64,000 nt of DNA from positions 541,613 to 605,612 of the forward strand of contig NW_019217784.1 of the NCBI RefSeq assembly GCF_002571385.2, written 5' to 3'. Each line of letters begins with the position of its first letter. The first letter of the stretch is position 1. This stretch comes from Stylophora pistillata. Taxonomy: Eukaryota. This document shows, piece by piece, positions 11,118 to 34,600 of this stretch. A program made the position numbers and the translations under genes. The notes beneath the pieces are model-generated. The model searched no databases. It had not been told where the DNA came from and saw only the letters and a list, made by a program, of their open reading frames with translations.

Positions 11118-14034
11118 TGCCGAGATGTCTGCCACAGAAAACTAATCGAATTTTAATTCAAGGCTGAACTTCAAATAGCGTAATTTGTTAACCCACGAGT
11201 GTAGAGAGTCATGCATTGTCCCACGAGAATCACAGCTCCTCGAGATTGCTTCCAGAACAATCCAATTCCCCCTTCCTTGATCAAGGTCGCTTTCTGTTGT
11301 TTAGAAATTTCTTGATTCCAAGGTCAAGAAAAATGCAACGGGTTGTTATTCCTGTCATTCTTTAGAGACAGGAGGGCTTAATTTCTTTGATTTACTGCCT
11401 CACTGCATTCAAAAGAAACGTTATATATAGTCCACTTAAAATTCACGCCTTATCTTTCCGCTGCTTTTGTTTTGAAGCGCGCTTTGTTTCGCTTGTTTTC
11501 GATGTGATGTGATCCTGTAGAAGCATTCCATGATTTTGAAATGTTCTGAAATCTGGACTGTTTCCAAGGCGATAGTTGCCGAGGTTTCTATGGCAGCACA
11601 CTCCGCTCTTTTGAATGCTCCAGGAGCCCTTGAACCCACAAGATTAAAAAATTGTCGACCTAAATAATGGCTTGCGCGTGAATCACATTAAAAATATTAT
11701 ACTTGTTTAAGTCCTTGAAAGAGCGTGAAATTGCTCTACCACACATAGTTACTTGCTAAAGTAGACAGGTCTTCTCTTTAAGACAGCACAGGCGTTATCC
11801 AAATAAACCCATAAGATCCAAAGAGAACTTTCATCGACTATTTGTGCCACTACCTTTTCTGTTTATCGCACAATCTACTTCCCACATGCTGTTTCTAAAA
11901 TTAGACGATCTCGAGCTGTTTAAAACTATTCAAAACATGTTTTGTTACCAATATCAGTAATAAGTCTTTTATGGAAAGTAATAAAAGTTCCAAATTTAGA
12001 GAAAGCGCAGACACTTGTTTGCCATTGTCCCCAGAGCTAGACACTAGAGATGCCAACAGAGTGTAGACGAACAGAAAATATTGTTTACTTGACCTGCGTT
12101 CCGTTTGGTTAGTTACAGCATGGGCTTTGCGAAAACTCTATTTTTGGCTGAACTGAGAACTCCTGGAATTCGCGGAACTAAAGAAATTAATCGCATTCGA
12201 AACTGAAATATCTTTAAACCCTCACCTTAATTTGCTTTTAATAGTGTTTTACGATGGTTTTTTTCTCCCATTCTTTTTTCATTTGTGATGGGGGGCAGAA
12301 CTTGCATTCAAACTATTCATTGTCATCTTTATTGATGAGTTTTAAAATAGACGTTTTCAATAATTACGAAGCTGTTCTTTGTGACATGCAATCGCATTGA
12401 TTTAGACACAAATACAAGATTGAGTTCATGCATTGTGGAGAGGAACACTTTACCTTACTTGCTTTTAATGTCGAAATGCGACGAAAATTTGGAGACGTGT
12501 TCTCAGGGTTCTTCCGTTGGGCAAGAAGAATTGACTAGACTGATCTCACCACATTCAAAAGAACAAGATCTCAAAAAGACCAAAAACTGTGGAACACTTG
12601 CCGAGCAAACTAGGTGAAGCAAAGCAGCAGCGACCAATGGAGAGGAGGGCATCCTTGTTTAGACAAAATGTTGCGTAACCGGCTCGTCTTATGAACAATA
12701 TCGGAGAATATTACGCCATCTTTACTTCAGTAAAGTTTTCACTGGCAAGAATACTAAACGAAATAAAATACTTAGCGAAATAAAAAATTAACCGCTTCAT
12801 AGGTGGAGGCAGGCTCGTTGGAGAGGAGAAGTTTCTCTCAAACCTTTTATCATTTCCTTTACAAGTGACGTACGTCATTAGGCCATTGTTGTGCAGGACA
12901 ATTTTTATCCAAGTTTAGTCTGTCAGTTTTTTTAGGAAAAAAATATTTTCCATCGGGCTTTATCAACAAGGATGTTATCAAGTGAACCCTTTTCATGGAA
13001 ACAGAGAATCTTTAATTGACTGAACCTGGCCTATAAAAAGATCTTTGCTTGCGATACTTGTGATACTGTCGTTGTCTTCAAATATTTGACTCAGGGAAAC
13101 TTAAAACACCTCAGAAAGAGCCCTTCAGTCCTATTTTGATTCAGGGTCATGTCAAATCCGATACGTTATTGAGAAGTACTCGATAGCACCTTGCTTTCCT
13201 CGCTTACATATGGAGACACTTTACTTACTTTTTAACTAAAGAAGCTAAATTCTAGTTTTTTTTTTATCATTTTGAAGCGACGAGTGTGATGGATCTATTT
13301 ATGTCACTGTTTCCTTTTTTAAATTTTTTTTTAATGAACTTTTTTTTTTTATTAGAAGTGCTTACAATGGTAAACATCCCAGTTAGACGTTTTATGTAGT
13401 TAATCCATAGTTTTTAATATCTCTCATATTTTTATTGTATTTTTAGTGCTAGGAGGGCCACTGGTTTATTAGTATTCTTTACTATTTTAGTGCTACCCTC
13501 ATTAAATAAAGCCTTTACTTACTTACTTACTCACGTCATTAGACTTTCTCTTTGGACTCTCACGTCATTAACCTCTCATGCCCTTTTTGAATTTTTTATT
13601 TTCGAAGCGTTTGTTTTCATTAATATTGAATTTTTTCAAAATTGATATCCCAGAGGGAGACTTACTCTGCTGGAGGAAATTCTCCTAAAATCATTGAATT
13701 ATGATTTTGAAGTAAAATTTCTCGACAAACCTAAGAAATGGGCTTTATAAGATTGGAGCAAATCAGGAACAATATTAGTTCAGTTGAAGCTTGTTAAATG
13801 CTTCTTACACTTTGGATCAGATGATGTTTCATGGTTGTTACTATTATTTGTGCTACTTATCTTCTTATCTATATCTGTACATCTACAATATTTGTGGAAC
13901 CCGGAAGCAAAACTGCTATTTATGGCAAAAATAGTAACCCTGAGGTGGCTGAAAGGAAATTAAAACATTTAAGTAGAAGGTTTTTTTTCCAATTTATCGC
14001 AAATCACGGTGTTCGCTTCCAAAAAATGTTTTAT

Positions 14035-14650
14035 GGTTACCGTGCACCTTCAGGGGTGTCTCGGGTGCAAGCGATGTAGCGCGTCCGGTTTAAACTGTAG
14101 ATATCTAGATCCCTATATCAAATTAAAACTTATAGGACTGGCTATCAGACTATACCAAAAATTTTGAAAAAAAATGAATTGTCGAATTTTTCACGACTTC
14201 TAAATGCGAGCGCCCGAATCACCTTTTAAGAGCTACAAGTCAAAGGGAATTTGTTCGATTGCTCTCACATTTTGAAAGTAACTAGTTTTACGTATAAACA
14301 ACAAAAACGTGTCTCCGAATTTTTTATTTCTAAATTCTTTTTTTGAAGAGCGACTTTTGTACGATCACTCCACATTTTTTAATCCTATTTCAAAAATGTT
14401 CTGTAACTTTTCTCTGAAATTGAATATGGCAAATCGCAAACACGTTTTTTTAGCGCTTTGGCTCCGGAAACGGAGGAACACATTAAATAAGCGAAAAACA
14501 AAATTCGCTTTGTCATGTAACGTTCAAATAGTGATTCGGGCGCTCGCCAGTTCTATAAGCTTTAATTTGATATAGGGGTTTAGTTATCAGTTTAAACCGG
14601 ACGCACTACATCGCTTGCACGCGAGACACCCCTGAAGGTGCACGGTAACC
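14035..14650. mobile_element. Non-autonomous foldback DNA transposon, Kolobok-like
   Basis: Long TIRs GGTTACCGTGCACCTTCAGGGGTGTCTCG...CCGGTTTAAACTG and their inverse, flanked by TTAT (left) and TTAA (right). No ORF. Confidence 0.75.
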
Positions 14651-15302
14651 TTAACGTGTCTTACAGTTGCTCAACATAACAATCGTTTGACGGAAACTTG
14701 GTCGTGTAGCGGATGTTTTCATGAAAGTATCTTTTGTCTGAGGTACACTGCGTTAAATGCAAAGAGGAGTTTATCAGAAGTGTTTTTTTTTTTCGTGTAG
14801 AGGCTTTTTAAAAGTAAAATTCGCGTGAAATTATATATGATTAAAGTAACAGTGGGTAATGGCTGAGTCCAAACACAGATGACTTAGTTGCATTTCTCGA
14901 GCAGGAGCAAGAGAGCTACAACAACATCTTATTGAGCGGAAAACTACTCGCGACTTTATTCCCCTGACCATGATGCATAGCGCACCGTAACATCTCCCTT
15001 TCTCTGCTTTTTGTTTTTGTTTTTTTTTTTTTTAACAGAACAGGATAAGTACAGCTCTAGCAGTAGCAGTAAAACGTGTGAAACGTGAACAACGGCTCTG
15101 TAGCAGTTTCGGGCTGTAAGACTAGCAAATGTGATAAGTGCTGGGTCTCGCAGCATACTAGTAAAGCAGCCAGCAAAAAGGAAATGGATATAAACCAATA
15201 AAGTCTAAGAGAAAAATAAAAAGAGTTTGAGAAATGCTGAAATATGTCTATGACATCATTGCTTGTTCTGTTCAACAGGACTGATAACGGGGGACAGGCA
15301 GT

Positions 15303-16604
15303 TCACATGTGAAGGCGTATAACGGGTTTGGACACCCGTCCTGATCTGGTCTTGGTCAGGGTTCCTTCCTTCGGACTTGATTGGATGTGTGAACCATTCG
15401 AAGGTTGTGTTGCAATTCCTGTAGAGTTCAACTCCATTGGGGATGGCGGGGTGGCTTCAGAGGGTAGAGCTTTCTGAGGTGATGCTGCTAGTGGTGTAGG
15501 GACTGCTTTAGCAGGAGTTTTCTGAGTTGAGTTGGTTGTGATGCTTAGGCTTGGTCCTTCGGACGAGGATGGAGGCGGCACAGGCTTGGGTTGTTTTGAA
15601 GGCTCGTAAACCATAATTGTGGGTGGCGTTTTGGCAGATAACTGTTTCATCCAGGAGAGTGGGATTAGAGCCTCTGGGGGTGGGGGTGCAGCTGGAGGCA
15701 GGTGGCACCGGTTTCTTCTTGTTAGCCCTGTGAGGGTCTCAATAATGTAAGACCGGGGAGCTGGTATTGCAGTGACAAGGCCATAAAGCCAAGGGCCTGA
15801 CTTGTGGTATGGTCCGGGTTTGGCGTAGACAAAGTCGCCGATTCCAAATGGGGGTAGGTTGCTGTTCGCCTTCGTATCATAGTGTTCTTTGGCCTTTGCA
15901 CGTTTTGCTGCAATGGTGTCCTGGACAGATGCTGCGGTATTGTCATTTGACAGCAAGAGGGCTTGGGAGACTGGGAGTAGTCCACGGATGCATCGCCCCG
16001 TGTTTCTTTGGGTTGGGCTCTTGATATGTCCTGCCTGGGGGGTGTTGCGGTAGGTAAGGAGCGCTTCTTGTAGATGGCGGGATCCTGAATTCTTTAGAAT
16101 CCGCTTCACTATCTTGACGGCTGCTTCTGCTTTGCCGTTTCCTTTGGGCCAATAGGGGGAGCTGGTAATGTGTTGAATTTGGTATTTTCCACAAAGTGCT
16201 TCGAGCTCAGTTGCAATGAATTGAGGTCCATTGTCGGTTAAGATTGTTTCATGGACTCCATGACGGGCGAAGTGGGCCTCACTTTTGGTTACAATGGTGC
16301 TGGCCAGGGTGTTTTCGACCTCGTCGACCTCGATAAAGTCGGAGTACTGATCCATAGTTATAAGGTAGGTGTGCGACTTAAACATGCAGAGGTCTTGGCT
16401 TACGAATTGCCAGGGATACTGTGGGATGGGGTGGCTCTTCATGGGTTGTTTCGAATTCTGTGTTTGAAATTGGGCGCATATCCCACACGATTTGGAAGCA
16501 TTCCGTATATCGCTCCCCATGCCGGGCCAAAATATAATATGATCTTGACAGTGTCGTATGATTGACTCTCGGCCAAAGTGTGCAACATGCGCCTTCTGAA
16601 GCAT
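15303..16604 (-). CDS. Gypsy integrase (HHCC + DDE) with Pro/Ser/Thr-rich C-terminal tail
   Basis: H-x2-H...CGIC zinc finger; SQDL, TDNGPQF and GKAEAAV catalytic motifs; ends TRSGRVSKP. Part of a broken pol. Confidence 0.85.
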   Translation of the reverse strand: MLQKAHVAHFGRESIIRHCQDHIIFWPGMGSDIRNASKSCGICAQFQTQNSKQPMKSHPIPQYPWQFVSQDLCMFKSHTYLITMDQYSDFIEVDEVENTLASTIVTKSEAHFARHGVHETILTDNGPQFIATELEALCGKYQIQHITSSPYWPKGNGKAEAAVKIVKRILKNSGSRHLQEALLTYRNTPQAGHIKSPTQRNTGRCIRGLLPVSQALLLSNDNTAASVQDTIAAKRAKAKEHYDTKANSNLPPFGIGDFVYAKPGPYHKSGPWLYGLVTAIPAPRSYIIETLTGLTRRNRCHLPPAAPPPPEALIPLSWMKQLSAKTPPTIMVYEPSKQPKPVPPPSSSEGPSLSITTNSTQKTPAKAVPTPLAASPQKALPSEATPPSPMELNSTGIATQPSNGSHIQSSPKEGTLTKTRSGRVSKPVIRLHM

Positions 16605-17434
16605 ATAGCTCCTTTTAGCCGACGGAATGACTACTTGCTTTCCCTTACAGATGATCCCATCATGGGTGTTGAGTTCATCTCAGTAGGAGTAAAATGGGTG
16701 GAGGCTTTGGGGAAGGTTAGACTTCTCTGTGGGCCAGCCTAGGATTATGGTATTGTTTAGAGCGGACAAAGTAGGATCATTTTCTGAGGAGATTTTGATA
16801 TCATCAAGTGTTTGGGAGGTGCTCCGTGGGTCCTCCACGTAGTTGTCAATGTCAGCTCTGAAGACCTCGAAACTGGTTTGCTTGGAGTCATTAGTGGTGG
16901 GAAGTGCGGCTCTGGAGAGTGTATCAGCTATGAGGAGTGATGTGCCTTTCTTGTATGTTACTTTAATGTTGTACCGTTGGAGGCGCATCATCATTTTCTG
17001 CAGTCGGCGAGGAGCTGCATGAGGTGGTTTTTAAAAAATTGTTTTGGGAGGCTGCTGATCTGTGTGCACATTGACTTGTCGACCGTATATCCAAAGGTCC
17101 CATTTATCACATGCGGACACTATGACGAGGCATTCTTTCTCAATTTGAGCCCATAGTTCTACGTTTGGGCGAATTTTGCAGGAGGTGTAGGCCACTGGTT
17201 GAAGATCGCCAGAGTCATCTGGTTATAGGAGGGCAGTTCCTAGGCCACCTTGGGATGCATCTACTCGAAGGGTGATAGGTCTTCANCATGGCCCATGAAG
17301 GTTATCTTGGGTAGCTTGAATTGGATCTTCTGTAGGTTAAAATTGAGCTGGGTTTCTTTCTCTGGCACGTTTCATTAGCGCAAAGACATTCGAGTCATGT
17401 TGTTTGTTTGCTTCTTCTCTGGTCTCGCCTTGGC

Positions 17435-17516
17435 TAGCCTGCGTTGCAGCCGGACGTGTCACACAATCCCCGGTATAGTCTATACCGGCGGTTTAGACTG
17501 TCTGCGACGCAGGCTT
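17435..17516. mobile_element. 82-bp hAT-like MITE inserted in the Gypsy RT
   Basis: TIRs TAGCCTGCGTTGCAG / CTGCGACGCAGGCTT; perfect 8-bp TSD GCCTTGGC (17427-17434, 17517-17524). Confidence 0.8.
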
Positions 17517-18511
17517 GCCTTGGCCTACAACAAGAATATCGTCTGCTATGGAGTAGACATCTTCCAGACCCTCGAGAGCCTCATGCATTCGCCACTGGAA
17601 TTCCTCTAGGGCACTGCTGATCCCGTAGGGGAGGCGCAGCCAGAAGTACCTGCCCCAGGGTGTGTGCATGGTGGTGAGTAGGCGGGATTCTTCGGTGAGT
17701 GCTATTTGAGTGAACCGGAAGAAATTCGCATTATGCTAATTCAGTTGCCTCTTTATAAGGGCCGGGCAACTGATTGCCGGAACGAGATTTGTCTCCTTTT
17801 CACATAAGACGTTTCATCCCGGTTACCAAGCCGAGATTTCAGACTGGTTACTGTTTACATGGGAAATTTCCGCTCGGTTAGCGAAATGAAAGAGAGGGCC
17901 GGCCTTCACGAGTTATTCCGCTCACCGAAGAGCAGTGTTCATATGGAAAATTTTCAACCCAGAATACCGAGATCTCAATAAGCTAGCCAACCCACAGCCT
18001 CGTAGAAACACAATAAAATGAGTGCAAACAAAACATTTTAAATCTTGGAAACCAAGCCAGCTTACTCGACTGGACTTTTGGAAGAAGTAATCCTCGACCG
18101 GGAAAGACGAGTTTCTTAGAACAGTCCCCAGACCCTTGTGTGTTTCACTCAATGGTATACTGTCACCTAATAGTAATGGCATCCTCGTCTAATACCACAC
18201 AAATAAATAGTACGGGCTGATGTGCTAGTTCGGAAGTGATTCGCAAGTACTATTCGTCCTTTTCTACAGTGGCCCACCGGTAATATATGGGCACCGTACC
18301 TATGGGCCACCGTAGTTTAGACCTTAGTCAGTGATTTGTTTTTACGAACGCCACCTTTGACCTGAGTTGTAACAGAACATGCGCACCCTTTCGTTTCACC
18401 ACCGGGGGTCAATCTGTCGTCAGAGCGAGTCAAAAAAGAGGTGACAGCAAGCGAAATTTTGCTGTTCTCGACGGACTTCTGTGCGTTATTTTTCTTCGGA
18501 TCGTTTCTGAT

Positions 18512-29959
<11,448 letters not shown>

Positions 29960-31620
29960 AAGAAAATTATCCAAGGGTGGTTTCATAATTTGATGTCTAG
30001 ACTACGAAATTTCTTGTCACAAAATACTGTGTAAGTTGTCAATTTTTTTATGACTTTGGTTAAAATATCAATAGATTGAAAGGTATTCAAGTTTCTATCA
30101 TCGGAATTTAGGTGGTGTAGTCAGCAGGAAATTGTTCTGCTGTAATTTAAGCAGGACTAACTAGTATTCTGTATCGTTTATATTGAAGGTAGATCATGAT
30201 GGGGCAAAATTGTAGAGTTAATATTAATTTCAGGGTGTCTTGTTTTGACCATCATGAATTTTTTTGTGAAGCTCTGTAATGAGCTTTAAAAATCCTTGTG
30301 ATTTCATGGCATTTATGCGGTCATATACACTGACACTTGTTTTGAGTTTTTTTTATTCTTAGCTTTCTGATACCTAGTTGTAATTGTTTTTGGCTCTTAT
30401 TACACTGATTTTGATAAAATATAGTACAAGTTGTCTGTTGGGGTTGCATTTCTGAATTTTTGTTGGTTTTAGAATTTGTGTGGACATATATATATATATA
30501 TATATAACCCATCACTAGTACTATGGCTTTGAATTTGGTGCAAATGCACAATTTAGATGTTAGGGGGGGGGGGCCACACGAACTGTTTGATTGGAGGTAA
30601 AATCATCTTTGAATAGCTCTTTAGTAGGAAAATAAGGAGACATTAAACTAAGGGGCTCGAAAAGCACTCTGGTAGAGTCTTGTTTGCGGGAAAAACTTGA
30701 TAGAAGCCGAATCTTTTCACCCATAACCCCTTTCATGAGCTCTATTTCCACTGCTTAAACAAGTCCTTCGATCCTTCCGAGGGGGAACTTCGAGTGGTAA
30801 GGGCAGGCTGATTCCCAAGTACTAATGGTAATGGAGTCCACCTCAGCAGTCCTACAGGTCTACCCTCTTTTCTCTATCGTCCTCTCTCCTTTCGTTTTAG
30901 GAAATCGTCACCATTTAATGTTTTTTGTGTGGATGTGGATTCGTAACTAATGGACTCGTCTTTGTAGTAATGTAAGAATAATCGGTCTGACTCGCACTTC
31001 AGAAGTTATAAGGCTTACTGCTGTGTACTGTTTTGTTTTAGAATGTGACTGAGTTAGATTTTTATAAGTCACCTTGACATGCATTCAAACTTCTGAGACA
31101 AATATATTTCCTCACGATTTCAAAGTAAATGCATCCCTTCCACTGAAAAAGCGACCTTTCCTGAGCGTTCCTGTTACAAGACTAAGTCAAGGCTGCACAC
31201 GTTATCCACGCGAAGGCAGTTTGCACCCCGAAAATCCTTCTGATCTGCAATTTTTTCAACCAAAGTTTACATTCTAAGATCAGTGCACCCTGGAAGATGT
31301 CTCAATTCCAAAACTCCCCGCGCAATACGCTGAAAACGAGCGTTTTCTACCAGCATTTCCAAGTTCGCTTCTTTCTGCTCAAGATGCTTTTGATGCGAAG
31401 ACTGAACATGGCCGCGGAAGAGGCTTGGAACCTACTTTAGTCATCTAACGCTTTCGTAACTTATTTTACGCTTTTTCTCGAGACGTGAGCTTGGGACATC
31501 TGTGTTGTGATCGTAGATAGTTTCCTCTCGTGTAGGGCTGTTAGTGTTATCCGTCACTGTGCTAGATATTTCTTTAAATAACAAACAGTAAAGAGGAGTT
31601 ATATTATTTTTAGGACTATA

Positions 31621-34600
31621 ATGAGTACATGTGGTGATGGTGTTCATCACATTTTGCTTCGCGCCGAGACAAAACCAAATGAGCAGCGGAGAGCTCTAAC
31701 CCCCGATAAATGCCAGGAGTTAATTGAAAAAGGTAAACTTCGAGGTTATATATATAATACTAGGCGAATTATAACAATACTTTTCATTAGGACGCAAACT
31801 TAAGTATTTTGCAAGTACTAACTGAAAGGTGAAGTGAACTGTTGGATTCGTAAATCTAGTGTGACGCGACTGTCCTGCAATCGACCTTTTGGCCCATTTT
31901 CATAGCTCCGAAACACTTCAGTTCACTGTTGGACTTGAATCGTAGGTCAGCTTAAAATGAATCAATGCTAATCGCGGCCTAAGTCTCCTTCACAGCCGTT
32001 CTTTGATCTGATCAAGCAAACACGCGAACAAGAACGATTGCGAACAAGACTTATCATGTCCGTGAAACTCGGCCTCAATTTAGTTTAATCACAGGGGGCC
32101 CATACAAATTATCTGTCTGTGTCGTTTGTGTAGCCGACTGTAGTTTTATAGTGAATGTACAAGATTTACCGTTTGCCTCACCTATAGTGATATATTTCTG
32201 ACTATGTACACAAATCATAGATAAATAAACGTTTAATTACTTTACCTGTGGTGTATAGTCGTCCTTTTGCCTCAAAAATGTTTTTTTTTGAGCGATTTTG
32301 AGTAAGTCTGAACTAAAAAAAAAGAACATTTTTGAGGCATAAGGACGACTATACACCACAGGTAAAGTAATTCAACGTTTTTTTATCAATGATTTATGCA
32401 CATTGTCAGCAATATATCACTATAGGTGAGGCAAATGGTAAATCTGGTACAGTCACTATAAAACAACAGTCGGCTACACAAACAGATTGTATGGGCCCCA
32501 CGTGGTTCAATAATGGACGATCCGATTTCACAGCTACTCATAAATGTTTTACCATATCATCCTATTCTGACAAGATGTTCCCACAGCCCTGTACTTCAAT
32601 GGGAATACGGTTTTGGACAAAAAAAAAAAAAAAAAAAAGCCCTGTACTTCAATGGGAATACGGTTTTGGAAAAAAAAAAAAAAAACTATGGCGGAATCAC
32701 TAGAATGCCCTCAGGACCACAGCTTTGTTTTAGAATAGTACGAGGTTATAGAAATATCTTTCCACCAATGGTGTGAAGCCAGGAGTTATGTACAGGAATT
32801 TCTGTGGTATAATGAAATTAATTTGCACAGGAGAGTTTTGTTGATACTGCTGAACAAGTCTAATTTCAGCAACAATGACTGACATTGATTTAATGACCTG
32901 AGCTGCAAACATCATCAGAACCATGAATTTTGCTGAGGTTGTCAAAAATTCAGAACTTTACGATGAACTGTCCTTTTTATGGCTGCCCTCAGTTGATGCC
33001 GTCAGTCTTTACAAGGGTCAGATAAATTATGACAACATAATTTTGGGCACATAAATGCTATAGTCAGAGCATTGAGTATAACCTTCAATTCCGTGAAAAG
33101 AGATCTGCACAGATGCTCATGAATTCAGGTCCTGCCTAATCTGTTTTTCAGACTCTTGCATAGAAAGGCCCTCTGATCAGAAAATGCTATATAATTGCAA
33201 CTGCTCAGGTGTATCTGTATTACCATTTTTTATGTTGCTGCTAAGAGCCAGGATCTGTTACAGTGAGTTTATTATCCAACTTTTTTTTTTTAGGTTTTCA
33301 AGTTTCTGTAGAATATTCTGACCAGTCAGCCTTCAAGAATGAGGAATATCAGTGGTATATGCATGCTGTTTTTTTGGGCAATAATATTCTAGGGTGGAAA
33401 ACACTTTCTTGTTATTGGTCATGTGTTTGTATATTTAGGGCTAATTTTCACATTTTGATTAAAATTTTTGTAGCATACCAGGAATCAGTATGGTCCAAGC
33501 TGGATCTTGGGTCCATGTTCCGAATGATGTTATAATTTTGGGACTAAAAGAGCTTCCTCAGTCTGATGAACCAGTATCTCATAGACACATCTACTTTGCT
33601 CATGCTTATAAGGTATTGATACCAAGCTTTTACATTGTTTAACGCAATTCGATTGGGGATTTTAACAAGAAATTACAGTAACATACCTGTATTTTGTGAT
33701 TTATTAGTACTGGAAACCTTTCTAGCCAAAGGAGAAGACTTAATGTAAGGTCAAAATCATAAGGAGTGGTTGTCCAATCTCCCAATCCTGGCTGCAAACT
33801 ATTATTTACTCAGAACATGTTTCAATGATCATTTACAGACTTTGTGAATAAGAATGACCAAAAAGCTTAATTATTCTGTTTGATGCAAGAGATTGACTTC
33901 ATTTATTCTGCTTGATAAACAAAAATAGTTTTATATGAAAATTAGATATTGCAGTTCCTGAAACCTATTTTTGCTTGGTAAAATTCACCAAACACTGAGG
34001 ATGGAGACACTTTGTTGGGTGTAATTATGATTCATAACATAATTATCTTAAGCCCTTATAACTCCCATGATTGACCAAGACAGAACTTCTCCTTACAATA
34101 TCAATACAATATCAAGCAGACAAGTGATGAGAATACAGAATAACGTCAATTAGGGGATTATTAGTTGATCTAGTACCAAATTCTTCAGAGTAATGTTATG
34201 AGAATTGTATAGCAGACAGTAAGCAGAGTTGTTACTTTCATCCTGGGAGTGAAAGGGCTAAGAGAGGGTTATAGCTCATGGTTCATCATTATCAACTTTA
34301 AAAATTCCTTGTATTTTTCTCATAGAATCAGACAGGTTGGGCAACTTTACTCCATCGTTTTATTAAGGGAGGGGGCAGCATTTTAGACATTGAATTTATG
34401 ACAGATGTAGAAGGTAAGTTCAACGTTATCAAGCCTTTTGAGAACCTCATTTTGTATACGATCTCTAGAGCTTAGGTACTGTACTTCCACAAATATTATT
34501 TGACCACCTGCGCCCCCTTCATAATTGCCCACCTTAGACCAAAGTGTCATATTTCCTTGAATAAGCATGTGGGCGCTTATTTAGAATTTCAGCTAAAAAG

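Larger units (their letters stand above)
14889..17715 (-). mobile_element. 5'-truncated Ty3/Gypsy LTR retrotransposon
   Basis: RT remnants (TTMHTPWGRYFWLRLPYGISSA; LNLQKIQFKLPKITFMGH), RNase H (LRVDASQGGLG...WAQIEKECL), integrase ORF, PPT AGAGAAAGGGAGA (15005-14993), then a short TG..CA 3' LTR at ~14992-14889. Confidence 0.88.

Noticed and set aside
11447-11659. Phase-compatible upstream exon for the EctC-like gene
   Set aside because: No cupin similarity, and it would place the GPCR inside a same-strand intron; more likely a GPCR 5' UTR exon.
18070-18190. CACTA/Mirage-like transposase fragment (MPLLLGDSIP)
   Set aside because: Only a ~10-residue resemblance; too short to support.
31060-31420. 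Divergent gene upstream of Lys1-B
   Set aside because: All minus-strand frames are interrupted by stops and show no recognisable domain.
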